From the NCBI GenBank assembly GCA_020536535.1, contig JAHLWZ010000505.1, forward strand, positions 124,001 through 188,000: a stretch of 64,000 nucleotides of DNA, in the 5' to 3' direction. This DNA is from Pelomyxa schiedti (lineage: Eukaryota; Protista; Evosea). Positions 11,655 to 23,940 of this stretch are shown here, one piece after another. Position numbers and translations under genes: made by a program. The notes below the pieces were generated by a model. It searched no databases and was not told the origin of the DNA. It worked only from the letters and a program-made list of their open reading frames with translations. The number at the start of each line of letters is the position of its first letter. The first letter of the stretch is position 1.

Positions 11655-13040
11655 ATGCACGGCACGAGGGGAGACAAGTCGTGGCCTGGGCCAAAGTGTG
11701 TGGCTTATGATTCACGGACCAACAGGCCTGATCAATCTTCGGGAATCCCGTCCCATGAGTTCGTGGACGACGATGCTGTTTTGGCTCAAAAGGCACGTAA
11801 ATTGTATTTCAAAGGCTTGGCGTTTCCCTATTATGCTTTTTTTTCGTCTATTTTTTCTTCTTGTTTTTTTTTCTTAAAGTCACTATTATTCAAGGTTGCT
11901 ATTGTTGTTGATCTTCTGAGACAGAGCAAATATTGTGTTGCATACACTGGAGCTGGTATTAGCAAGTCCTGTGGAATTCCTGATTATGCTTCAAAGGCAA
12001 AGAATTCTGTTGCCTCTGTTGTGACAGAGGCTACCGAGCCCGCTGAAAGTGCAGGTATCTAATATTTTGTTTCGTTGTGGATATGACATGCCACGAAGCT
12101 GCTGTTCAAGCTACCACTGTTACGGACCTTCGCTCAGCTAGGCCATCGTATTCCCATTGCACGTTGGTTGCATTGGAAAGGGCGGGACTACTTAAATTCT
12201 ATGTACAACAGGTTACTATTCGTGTTTCACTTCATTGAATCTCACTTGAATCAGAACCATGACGGACTTCCACAGAAAGCAGGCTTCCCACAAGATAAAA
12301 TGAATGAAATACATGGGGCATGGTTTGACCCTAGTAATCCTGTAGGTAATATTATTTGCTATTGATAATATTTGTAAACCTGGAATTAGTTCCAATGACA
12401 GGCTGTGTTCGAGAAGATTGCACTATGAGTCTGAAGAAAACCTCGGCAGTATGCGACCTCTGTTTATGCATTGGCACAAGCCTTGCAGGAATGACTGCTG
12501 ATAACCAAGCATCTATACCAGCAGAGAAATCTCTTTTGAAGAAGACAACAAGTTTGGGTACTGTGATAATCAATTTGCAAAGAACATGGCTCGATTCCAA
12601 GTCATGTGTGCGTGTTTGGTCCCGTTCAGACGATTTTATGCGCCTCCTTGCCACACAATTAGGCCTTGTTGTTAATTATCCAGTTCCTCTCCCTGCTGAT
12701 CCTGAAACCTTGGAATCAGTATTTCAACTACCGTACAATTCAACAGGGGAGAAAATACCCAATGGAAGCAAGGTACACAAAAAACTCCTAATGATACTTC
12801 AAATTAACAAACGCAAAGGAACCGCCAATCACACTCGATTTGAGACCCGGTTCACAAGTGCGAATTTGCTACCCAGGATCCTCAAACTTTGGCAACACTG
12901 GGGAGGTTCTTGGTGTTGACCCGGAAGGCAACTGGAGGATCAAAATGGACGGCCGAGTCCAAGCCACAGGATTCGGCCGCTGGTGGATTGAAATCCTCAG
13001 AAACCAACAATGGCCATACCTCCCTTTTGTAAATGCCTAG
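11655..13040 (+). CDS. Sirtuin (SIR2-family NAD-dependent deacylase), multi-exon
   Basis: YTGAGIS..CGIPDY, QNHDGL..KAGF, EIHG, IGTSL, VIINLQRT motifs; C-terminal small beta-rich extension ending PFVNA-stop at 13040. Start assumed at MHGTRG. Confidence 0.87.
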
Positions 13041-13195
13041 TACCAACCCACATGCCCCAAATTGGTACATAGCTTTTTGCCTTCCCTGTAGCAGTACGAC
13101 TTCAACAGAATTATTTTTTCATCTTATTTTTTGATGCACATTTCCGTATTTAGGGGTACCAAAGTCACACGAAAAAAATCCCACAAACCAATTCC

Positions 13196-15426
13196 ATGTG
13201 GGGAGTAGTACTGTTGGTCTCTGTGTTGGTTACTCCCTTGTTGCTGTTTACGTTGCTGCCACCTACACAGCACCAACAGGTACCAAAAAAGGGCACCACA
13301 ACACTGAGAAGAAACCAAATGAGTGTTGGAAATGATACTATTTCACCAGAAACAATGGCTCATGTAGTTGTTGGCGATGATGGTGGAAAGAACTACGAGG
13401 ACGGTGAGGCGCCTAGGGTGAAATACAACCTCTGTTCAACTTTTTGGACTGAGAGCACAGGCCTCCCTCTCAGGATTCTCACGGGTATGGCTATCACTGG
13501 GCTCTTTCGTTGGCATGTCAATTTCTTAGAAACTTTTTGGGTTGTACTATGGCTTTGTTCACTCGGTGCTATCTTGTTCGTAGAGTATTCTTTCTTATAA
13601 ATGGCGGGTCTGTATTAAGCCGTCCGGAGAGACTTCTTTTTCCATGTATGTGGCATCCGGTTCTTCGGGTAAAAGCCACTCAGGAAAGGCCAGCAACAAT
13701 AGTTACAAAAGAAGTCATCCTGAAAACATTTAACCTTCAAAAGAGTGATATCATTTCCGAACCTGACACTGGAGCCGATAGTGGATTCCGGAGAGATGGT
13801 GTTATGTCCTATTACCACTCTTACTTAAAAGGAGGATCACCTGTAAGAGTCTTGGAGGCTGTAATACATTCAAATACAGTCCACACTCTCAGGGCTGTGA
13901 TAGAGGTCGATGAGGAGGCATTACAGAACAAGAAATTTAAAAAGTGAACTAAAACGTACTGTAAAGGGAGTACTGAATCAAGCTCGAGAGAGTGAAGCAA
14001 GAAGTAAGATTAATGGATTTTGATTGCGCTGCCGTTTCAAAATTACGGGCTCTTGGAGCAATCATAGTTGGAATGGTATACACAATCTATTTTCTTTCAT
14101 AATCGGAAATGCAGACCAACATGATAGAGCTTGGTTTCCACGGTTCGGGGCACAATTCCAATCCCAGATATGCTCATGGAAGGTACGGAAGCTTCTTACA
14201 CTATTCGCAGGCGATTTCACACTTCTCAAGGAACCCTTATTCCCTAAAGCGGGATACGGGAGGCTCCTCTTCAGGGAGTGCGATAGCCGTCTCAGCTGGT
14301 ATCTGCCCCGTGGCTCTTGGATTCGATGGAGGTGGGAGTGTGAGAATTCCGGCAGCATCCTGTGGCGTTGTAGGGTTGAAACCCACGACTGGAAGGATCA
14401 GTTCCTGGGGAGATATGCTTTGCAGCGGTGGAACTCTTGGCGTAATAGGTCCGATTGCGGGAAACGCCAGGTATGAAGGTTCCGCTGCATCAAATTCACC
14501 CACTTGGGAGCAGAGACTGCGCCATTATTCTTGAAGCTCTGTCTGGGGAAGATATTCAGGACCCAATGACATTTCACGCACCACCATTTGGAATAAGCAA
14601 TATGCGAAGGGAGAACTTAGCGGGGCTCACTATTGTAAAACCAACAAAGCTGTTGCATCCTAACTCGTATCTAGGGTGTATACTCCGAGTGGTTTAATGA
14701 CTCAACGGCACCAGTAAAAACCTCTTGCCGGGAGTTTTTAAAGTACCTGGAAAACCAAGGAGCCAGACTGAAAGTAGCGCTTGAAAAAATTATTTTCAAA
14801 TATTCACTGCCAATAATAGGAGATACAAATACCATACCTCAAAGAGGGCCAAGTGGCTCACATGATGATGTTAGGAGCCGAGATAGTTGCCTCCCGCGGG
14901 CCATCTCACGGATCACGAGAATGGAAGAATCTGAATCCATCCACCCGAACAATGGAATCCCTTGTGAATGACCTGACAACAATGCAACTTATTAGTGCAG
15001 CGAAGATAAAGTACCTTGTATCACTAATATGGGAGGAAGTGTTCCGCAAAGTCGATATTATGGTCACTCCCGCCCTTGGTGATATTCCTGCAGTAGGCCT
15101 CACACATGCTTCTGAAGATGCACTTGATGTAACTAGGAATTCCATTGTTGCCAAGTACATGTATATCCCCAATTTCACTGGTCTCCCAGCTATAGTATTT
15201 CCCATTGACTACCACACAACAAATGGAGAACTCTTGCCAGTTGGGATTCAGGTATTGTGCTGCTACACATGTGGACACTAACATGGGAAACACCTAGATG
15301 ATTGGACCAGTGTGGACAGAGGACCTCCTCATACGAACTGCAGAGCTATGTGCAAAGAGGCACACCAACAAGAAGCCTGTGGTATATTACAACATTCTCG
15401 CCAAGGTGGAGTCAAATACAGAGTGA
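13196..15426 (+). CDS. Amidase-signature family enzyme (fatty-acid amide hydrolase-like) with N-terminal hydrophobic anchor
   Basis: [48 protein letters not shown] amidase signature; [11 protein letters not shown]; hydrophobic N-terminus [18 protein letters not shown]; spliced last exon ends VESNTE-stop. Confidence 0.9.
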
Positions 15427-15455
15427 GGGAATGAATCATGTTGTTCTTTATTGGC

Positions 15456-16298
15456 TTACTCACTTGTTGGAGTTTTGCTTGTTGTGCTTGTAGTTGTTGT
15501 GTTTGAGATTGCTGATGTTGCAACTACGGGTGTGGCAGTGGTGACTGATTTTGTGTTGTTATCTCGGGGATGCTTGGGATTTGACTGTGTAGTAGTGGGT
15601 GGCGGGGCAGTGCTGGGCTTCCTTTTCCTGGGTTTGGGTGCGGAGTGATTTTCTTGTGAATAGAAAAGCTTGAAAAGTTGTACTGCTTTGTCAGCAGATA
15701 TACCGCCAGTACATGGTAACTTGTAGTTTGGGTCCCTACAGAAAAAAGGTCAAAACATTTTGGAGTGGTGAACTTCAACCATTCGGTGTTTATAGGTAGC
15801 ACAGTGCCTGCACCTCCAAAGCGTTCGTTTTTACAGCCATAGAAAACTTGCTTGAATCCTGAAACATTATAAGCTATACCCGCACAACACAGGGCATACT
15901 TAAGCTAACCAAAGCTGCAGAGCACATCACACATGGCTCACAGGTAACATACAAATCACAATGTCGAAATAAGGCCGTAGCATTCACGACTCCCAGTTTC
16001 TCAATGGCTGCATCAATAGCCTCGAATTCAGCGTGCCTCAGGGCCTGATCGAGAGTTGGTTTCAGAACATACAGTGTAGGGGGGAAAGGGCAACACTTTT
16101 CTTGGCTTTGGTTTTGTTGTATCCACATGAAACTACTTTATTTTCATCAGCCTTCACAATGACACACCCAACAGGTACTTCCCCCTCTTCCAAAGCACGA
16201 GCACCCTACGTTAAGTGTAAAAATGAGTACGGTCAATGGTAAACGAGGGGAAAAAAGGCTCCGTATGCCGACCAATTCGAGTGCGGTAGTCATGTGTG
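15456..16298 (-). CDS. ADAT2: tRNA-specific adenosine-34 deaminase catalytic subunit (ADAT2/Tad2)
   Basis: ALEEGEVPVGCVIV, RHAEFEAID, YVTCEPCVMC (HAE/PCxxC zinc motifs), YGCKNERFGGAG; Ser/Thr-rich tail. Confidence 0.85.
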
Positions 16299-16595
16299 TT
16301 ACGTCCATTTCTGTTACGACTGTAAGTAAGAAAGAACAAGTAATAAGCAAACAAGCACGACGGAAACAGTACCAACAACGACACCAACGCAAGCGACAAG
16401 ATCTGAGATCTGGTCAATTGAATTGCCACGTGTACCTCAAAATAGACAAGAAGCCAGGGGAGCAACACAAGCCGAAAAACAAAGAGGAAAAAAAAATAAG
16501 GGGTAGATCAAACACAGGAAAAAAATACAGGAAAAACAAAAAGTATCAAAAACTTTTATTTATCCAACAAACACACGTACCACGCGACACCGGCA

Positions 16596-19500
16596 ATGAA
16601 GTGCAAGGAGATCGACAGGCGCGCAACTACGGCTTGGTGGTGTCCCGCTCAATCTACGACCGTATCTCCTTTGTTGATTGCTGCCGGTACCGTCGCCGGC
16701 ACCATTGAGGCAGACTTTGATGTTAGCTCTTCACTGGAGATCTTTGGTACTTTTCCACCTGGAAATCTGTGGCACCTTTACTTTTTCCTTATCCCCGCTT
16801 TGTGTAGATATAAGCAACCCTACTGTTGCTTCTGTCGGCAAAGTTGAGGCCAATGGAAGATTCAACAAATTGGTTGGGAGTTTTTTTTTGTGGTCTGGCT
16901 TTTTTAAGATGTTTTTTTAAAGGTATGGGGAAGAGCAGGGGGCCTTCCATATGGGTTGTTGGCAGGTGCCATGGACAGTGGTTTAATTGCACTGTACAAC
17001 CCTGATTCTATTCTGAAGAGTGGGTAGGTAACTTTTTTCTTTTTCCTTCCTAAAATCAGCCAAGGTCCAATGATTCGGAAGCTCCCGACCCTCTACTTTC
17101 TTCCATCAACCGACACCAAGCACCAATCACCGCACTAGATTTTAATTCTGTTCAGACTAATCTTCTTGCCTCTGCAAGCTCTGATGCCGATGTACATGGA
17201 CAGTACAAAACACAAGCTAACCAAAAAAACACAGATATTCATATGGGATTTGGCTGATCCTTCCAAGCCAAACATGTATACACCTGGAAAGAAAACAAAT
17301 GCACAAGAAGTAACGTGTGTGGCCTGGAATAAAAAAGTGCAACATGTAAGGGTTCCTTTTGAAGTGAAATACAGGCTCAGTAATGACACAAAAGATTTTA
17401 GCCTCCTCCACCTATAATGGACAGGCATCAATATGGGATTTGAGGAGCAAGAAACTGTTAATGTCTTTCAATGATCATGCAAAAGAAGGGAAATGGAAAT
17501 CAATGGCGTGGCACCCCTTTGATGTGGGCAGTGAATTTATTGTAAATCCCTAGTAATCAAACTATAGGCAACAACACTGATAACTGCCTCTGAGAATGAC
17601 AAGGTCCCAGTTGTCCAGCTATGGGATTTGCGCAATTTCCATGCCCCACTCAAGGTAAAGGCACCTCTTTTGAAACTGCAATAATATCAAAAAAAAAAAA
17701 AAAAAGTACTTCGAAGGCCATACAAGTGGTGTCTGGAGTGTTTCATGGAGTTCCTTTGACCCTAACCTCATTGCAACTGCTGGTCGTGATAAGACCGTTT
17801 GTTGGAATGTAGAAACTGCTGAACAACTTTGTGAGGTTTTGGATTCCTGTATTAAGTACTGTTATTCAAGATATCCGTAGCTTGAACAGTCTGTTCCGGG
17901 AGTTTGGGACTGCAAAGTAGATTGGTCTCCAACTCAACCCGGGCTTCTTTCCACCTGCAGTCTTTCAGGAAAGGCGTGTTACATAGTCTGTCTTCCATCT
18001 TTCTGATTACCAAAGGTGGCAATTCACACAGTGTTCGACCCCAGTCCCTCAGTTCTTCCTACCCCCATTGCCTTTGGTGGTGCAGCTGTAGCCCCTCGTT
18101 CACTATCCGCTCCTCCAAAGTGGATGTGTGCACCTTGTTGTGCTGCCTTTGGCTTTGGAGGTTTGTTAGCCACATATATAAAACCCCTGGAGAAAGGTGC
18201 TCCCCACAACATTACGGTGAGTCTGGTATCCCAATTTTACCTCTTCTCATCCACTTTTCAGATTCAACGCCTGGAGAGTGATGCCGAATTCGTGAAACGG
18301 GCAGTTGCTCTAGAAGATGCTTTAGCTTCTGCATCATTAACTGCTTTTTGTGAAGAAAAGGTAAATTCCTTTCCCCACTTCCAAGGGAGTTGATCATTTC
18401 TAGGTGAAAGCAAGCACAGATGAAATCGAACAGCACACTTGGGAATTTTTGCAGCTGGCACTAGAAAAGGAAAGCCGGCGTGAAACTTTCCTTCAACACT
18501 TAGGATTTAAGAGAGAAAATCTCAAAGAGGAAATACGAAAGGTTAGTGTGGTCATTCACACATAACTCTTATGCCACAAAGATTATTGCCTCAATGAAGG
18601 AAAAGACCACTCCTCCGTCTGTGACACCCAGTGACGAAAAAAAACCTGTGGAAAAACCGCAGGAAGAGGTGCCAGCTACACCCGCCAGTACTGAAACCAC
18701 CGAACCCCAAGATGTTTCCTCCACTGATTGTGCAAATCTCTTTGGCAATACGGCCCCTGAGGAAGGTGCTGTTTTTGATTCAATCGCTGCCACAGCCCCT
18801 CCACAGACCAGGTCTCCACCTCCTTCATCCGACAGTGCAACAGTGACGTCGTCTGCAAGCACCACTTCGATAACCGAGCCTTCTCCTGTGCATTTGCCTA
18901 TAAGTATGCCTCCTTATTTGTGTCTGTTGTACTCACTTTTCATTCCACCCTCCCTAGATGCTGAGAGTGTAATTGCACAAGCCATTCTTCTAGGAGACTT
19001 TGAAACCGCTGTAACCTATTGTATGGAGACTGGGCAACCGGTAAAAATAGATTCCATCTCCACCTTACTTTTTTTTTAAATAATCCCTGTAGGCTGATGC
19101 ATTGATCTTGGCTTCAAAGTTCAGCAACGAGCTTTTTATTCGCACCAGAGACGAATATGTCAGGAGGAATTGGGTTAACACACCTTCCCAACGCATGCTC
19201 AAATGCCTGGTCAATACGGACCTTTTTGAAATTGTTCACAGCTTTGACCTGTCACAGTGGAAGAGTGCCCTCGCACTGTTGTGCACTTATGCCAAACCTG
19301 ATCAATTTGCAGTTTTGTGCTGTAAGGCCATCTGCTTGAGTCTAGTTTCCTTTAATCCCTGTTTAGCCCTTCTTGGTGATCGCCTGAAGCAGGAACAAAA
19401 GGACAGTGGCTCCTCTGTCTTGTGCTATATTCTTGCAGGAAATTTTGAGAAAGCCGTTCTTGTTTGGGTCGAACAGGAAAAGCAAAAAACGTATTTTCTC

Positions 19501-20930
19501 TTGTCCCTAACATCGTTAAAACCGTTGCAGGCTAGATTCCCTTCAAAGTTTTATGGAGAAGACAGTTATTTTCCGAAAGCTGACTGGTGTAGAAGATTCG
19601 AATGTCAGTGAAGCTCTAGCAACGAAATTTGCGTATGTGTTAGGACTATTCCCGTAGAAGACAAACATGCACTTTCAGGGAATACGCATCCGTTCTTGCG
19701 GCTCAAGGAAAATCTTCCATTGCCTTACGTTATCTCAGTTACCTCCGGGGCTCAGCGACAGTATCACCTTACATTTTTCGGAATTCTTTTAATTATTATA
19801 TGTTACAGAGGCACCCGCTTGCCCAAACTCTTATAGAGAGGTTAGACGCTCACCAAGAGCCCCAGAAGACTTCCAAGTCCGAAACTCCCGGTCGATCCCA
19901 AAAGATTGAAGGTTTTTCACAAAACCCTTTTCCATAATTTAATTTACTGCAGCAACTCACAAACATAAAGCGCACACTACGGCACACCCACAACAAGTCC
20001 CCCCTCAAAAACCCAAAACTTTCTCTACACCCCCTCTGACACCCCCTTTCACTGCACCCAACAAAACATTCACTACCCCTGTTCAGTCCACTCCTTTACC
20101 CCCAGTAACACAATCACCCCAATCACAATTTGGAGTTTCTCACCCACCAGTCTTTCCACCAGTAAATGCCACGATCCCCCCAGTTATCACGCCGCCTCCC
20201 GTTTTCAATACCCTCAGTGGGTCAAAACCAATACAAACACTCACCCCAGTACTTCAACCTAAACCAGTTTTAACACAGTCCACAACCCAGACCTTGACCA
20301 GTCCTCTAACTGTTAGACCTCCGCCCCCTGCCGCTCCTCAACCACCACCCACTCCCCCCGTCGTTCTTCACTCCCAAGTCTCTAACATGCCCTCTCCGCA
20401 AGGTCTCTCCTCTCAAACTACACAAGCACGCCCTTACCCTATCACCACATCCCCCTCTACCACTATCCTCCCCCCCCCCAGCAACACCCACCACACCAGT
20501 AAACCCAGCGGAACTGCAGGCTATCAACGACGCTTTGTCTGAACGTTTACTAACTGAAGTTCAACAGCGGTTTGCGGTAAGCTTTCCTTGGTCTGCCTCT
20601 CCTACCAAATCTAACCTTTAGTCAGCAGGGTAGCGCTGATCTTACAACAGCAACAGATGGCGTTAGCAGACTGCAGAAAGAGCTCCCGTCTAAGCTAAAT
20701 TCCATGTCAGCAGGCTGTGTTACCCTTCTCGCCCGTTTCTTCTCTGGTGAGCCCACCCCACTCTTTTAGTTCCCATCTAACAAGACGTTACAGCTATATT
20801 GGATGAGAGAGACATGAAACGCGCCGAAGAAACTCTCAGTGCAATCAACTTTTCCCACATGAAGGAGTTTGGGTCTGGCTCAATGATTGGGGCCAGGAAA
20901 ATTGTGCTTTGTTTGAAGAAAGCCACTTAA
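16596..20930 (+). CDS. SEC31: COPII outer-coat protein SEC31
   Basis: MKCKEIDRRATTAW..AAGTVAGTIEADFDVSSSLEIF; WD40 repeats (VTCVAWNKKVQH, QLWDLRN); ancestral-coat helical region (ILLGDFETAV, CYILAGNFEKAV); Pro-rich region near 19950-20500; C-terminal helical domain. Confidence 0.9.
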
Positions 20931-21150
20931 AAAACAACCTAGTACCCTTTTACAACGCCTAGCTCACCTTTCTTGTCGGTGGCCTGAACATTCTTGGTTT
21001 TTTTTATCAAAAAGCAGGAGCATGTGTAACTTTATTTTTATGATGTTATTCCTTGTTGGCAAGCAAAAAGTTACAGGTGGGGGTGGGACAGAGCTAAGGT
21101 GTAATCCCAATCGGGGACATTTCATTTCGAGTGATGCGTCCCACGGGGAG

Positions 21151-21259
21151 CGTACAACCGGCCGCGTGGTGTATTAGCCACTATACCACCCGACCCAGCG
21201 ATCGGTCGGGCTGGGAATCGAACCCAGGTCTCCACCTAGTAGTTAAGGCCGGCCGCACA
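21151..21259 (-). tRNA. Candidate circularly permuted tRNA gene (3' half upstream of 5' half); isotype unresolved
   Basis: Minus strand: GGTGG-AGAC-CTGGG TTCGATT CCCAG-CCCGACC-G (21236-21203), 7-nt linker, then GGTCGGG-TG-GTAT AGTGGCTA ATAC-A-CCAC (21195-21166). Perfect 7-bp acceptor, 5-bp T stem and 4-bp D stem; leader and trailer form a 13-bp helix with G-U pairs. No canonical anticodon loop could be reconstructed. Confidence 0.6.
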
Positions 21260-21624
21260 TTGACCGAAATCTCTCGTATTGGAGCTCCACCTAGTTGCCG
21301 ACTTGATTTTGGAAGGAAATGCCCTAAAGAGATTTGCCCGTAACTGAATTAGGGGACTCCCCCTTTTCGTTCACCCAGGCTGTTCCGCTGAACTTCGGCT
21401 GTTCCAGTGACCCCATATAAAAGGAAAAAAATGGCTTTTTGTCAAGCACCAAACTTTGAGTCGCATGTCGTTGTACGTGGGGTTGGCAACAAGGGCCACC
21501 CACGGCATGTTACTTTCTGCAAGTTCAAAAGAAAAGGGTTTCCGGAAAGGCCGTTGTTCGGGTCGGTTTTTTTCCTTGTTTTTCGTTTTTTTTTTCGTTT
21601 GAATCAACGAACCGTCGTGCGGTG

Positions 21625-23940
21625 ATGAGCGGTGTTGTTCACGTCCCTTTGTTCGCTGTAACGAGACTGGTGTCAAAGTTGGTCAAAGACACTCAGTCCT
21701 TGAAGGCTCCACCTACTGTACATCAACAACATCAAAACGCAAAACCAAAAACAAACGCCAACAAGGGGGACTTTTTTTGTTTGGCAAAGTTGTAACCAAT
21801 GGACTAGGCATTTACAGACCTAAGCAACACAATCAAGGATGTTGGTGTGGCAGTGAATGCAGCTAAAGGGGATACACACGCTGTTACTATTTGTCGAATG
21901 CACGAAGAACTCAAACTTATTGACGGGATTTTGAAACAATGGCCAAAGACTGATTGCACAGTGTGTAGTTTTCTTTGTGAACTGTCTACTTCTTGGGAGA
22001 AGTGAAACTAACTTCATGTCATTTTCTTTGATTCCTTCCAGAAGGATATTCAGGCATACAATTTGAAGCTTAAAACCCTTCTCGATGCCATGAAACCAAC
22101 TTCTTCTCTTTCATCTTCAGCTTCTTCTGTCACACAAACTTCAACTCCAATGACTGTGTCGCCAACGGAGGTCACACCAGTGACAAAATCGCAGTCTGAA
22201 CAGGCGCAAACTGTTCCAACAGCAACTCCTACTGCAGAAAGCACACCTACCATACCTGTTCCCACTGCACCTAACACATCAGATCTCCCTTCTACAGAGA
22301 CTGTTACGACTACACCTACTATCCCTCCCACTACTTCATCCCCCATGCCGACTCCTACTCTCAGTCCTCATCTCTCTCCCACTCCCGATCCTATTGCAAC
22401 CTCTGCTTCTACTCCCAGCACCCTTACTTATATTCCCAACGATCCCACTCCAACGCTTAATAAAAATCCGGACGCCAATCTCACTGTGAGCAGTCCCACC
22501 TCTACAACTACACCTAATGATGTACCTCCGACACAAATCTATGAACAGGCGTCCAGCTCAGTGCCTGAGGGTTCACTGTCACCCAAATCAACAGAGCCCA
22601 TTTCCACCCCCGAACTCCCTTCCAACTTAAACACCCCTCCACATGTTGATCCAGTAAGCAGCCCTTCTGCATCATCACCCGCCGTTACAATTGGCTCAGA
22701 GCCTACACCACCTCTCTCAGCATCAAAGCAAGAGGTGAATGCAAAGGATGCCATATTCCTTACCTATACACCACCCGTACCTGGAGTTGACACAACGGTA
22801 CCTTCGGCAATCACTGACAGCTCCACTGCAGCTTCAATACCGCAAAGCACTACCCCAAATCACAACACTGCATCTTCTGCTGAAGCGGAAATTACACGGA
22901 CACCATCACCAACTTTATGCATATTCTCACAGACTCCAGTAACAACAAGTCTAGATGTTCCAATAAATTTCATGCCATCTCAAATCACTGATCAAGTATG
23001 TAACCTCACGTTATCTCTTTATTGAAGTGCTGTAGGATGGGAGGCGATTTTGGTTAAGCCTATTTGGAGAAAAATCTCGGTATTTACATAATACAAAGGA
23101 GTAGCTGACTTATGTTTCTTTTTTTTTCTTTTTAGAGATGTCACAGAGAAAATATTTTGTATTGCCCTGACCAATCACTGCAAATTAACAAACCCCCAAA
23201 AGGAACAAGCAAGCAAAAGTACGGTTAGCTCTACAATTTACACACTATAACTTTTTCTGCTAGTTACTGGACGCGTTTATGTTGGTACCCTCGAAAAATT
23301 AATGAGGAAATTCACGTTTCAAGGGGTGCTGGGACTGCTCAATTGGTGCAATCCGTTTGAAAGCACTATCCCGGTAAGTCTTATTCTCGGAACTACTGTT
23401 TATTGACAAGTAAAAAAGGTGACTGATAAGGTGATGTTTGTTTGCGGTTTCCTTCCTGGAGTGCTTCAACCATGGAGTAAGTTTCCCACAAGGTAATATG
23501 CAAATACCTAAGAAGTGGAAAAAAAGACAACTCATCTGATGTGGGAGCAGCCGTAGTTGCAAGTAACCTTTGCAATGCCTCTCAGGACCAACTGTGGACA
23601 TTTAAGAATCACCACATTATCAACTGCAAGTCCAAATTGGCTCTTACTTTTGAAACTATACTTGAAATTGAGCCGGGAGGATGTCAGAGGATAGTCCTAC
23701 GAACGTATGACCCCGAATCCGAACTCCAGCAATGGTCTTTTGAAAAGGTCAGCTTCTTGCCAGAACTATCTCTACGTATCCAATTTTAAAAAACCCCTAC
23801 AGGACGGATCTATACGCTCTGTTGTCGATCCCAAGAGATTGGTGGACATTGACCGGGATTCCTCAGTAGCCATTCTCTGGTTTGCACGCCCCGGTGGTCT
23901 CAAACCCAACCAAACATTCATCATGCTACCCCACCTCTAA
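21625..23940 (+). CDS. Hypothetical protein: helical N-terminus, long Ser/Thr/Pro-rich linker, C-terminal ricin-B-lectin-like domain
   Basis: Spliceable exons from MSGVVHVPLF; 22063-23000 STP-rich exon; QxW-type repeats (SQDQLWTF, ELQQWSF, PNQTF) in the last exons. Confidence 0.6.

Noticed and set aside
21110-21195. Reading the 5' half plus downstream sequence as an ordinary intron-containing tRNA
   Set aside because: CCACG/CGTGG can pair, but there is no TTC-type T-loop or proper T stem downstream, and the acceptor would need two G-U pairs; the upstream 3' half fits perfectly instead.
21178-21222. Plus-strand resemblance to 5S rRNA fragments (ATACCACCC, GGTCGGGC, CTGGGAAT)
   Set aside because: Far too short and compressed for 5S; fully explained as the reverse complement of the tRNA halves.
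21413-21575. TATAAAA box followed by ~120 nt and a T-run (possible Pol III ncRNA)
   Set aside because: No recognisable snRNA, SRP or 5S motif; it may simply be the promoter of the gene starting at 21625.
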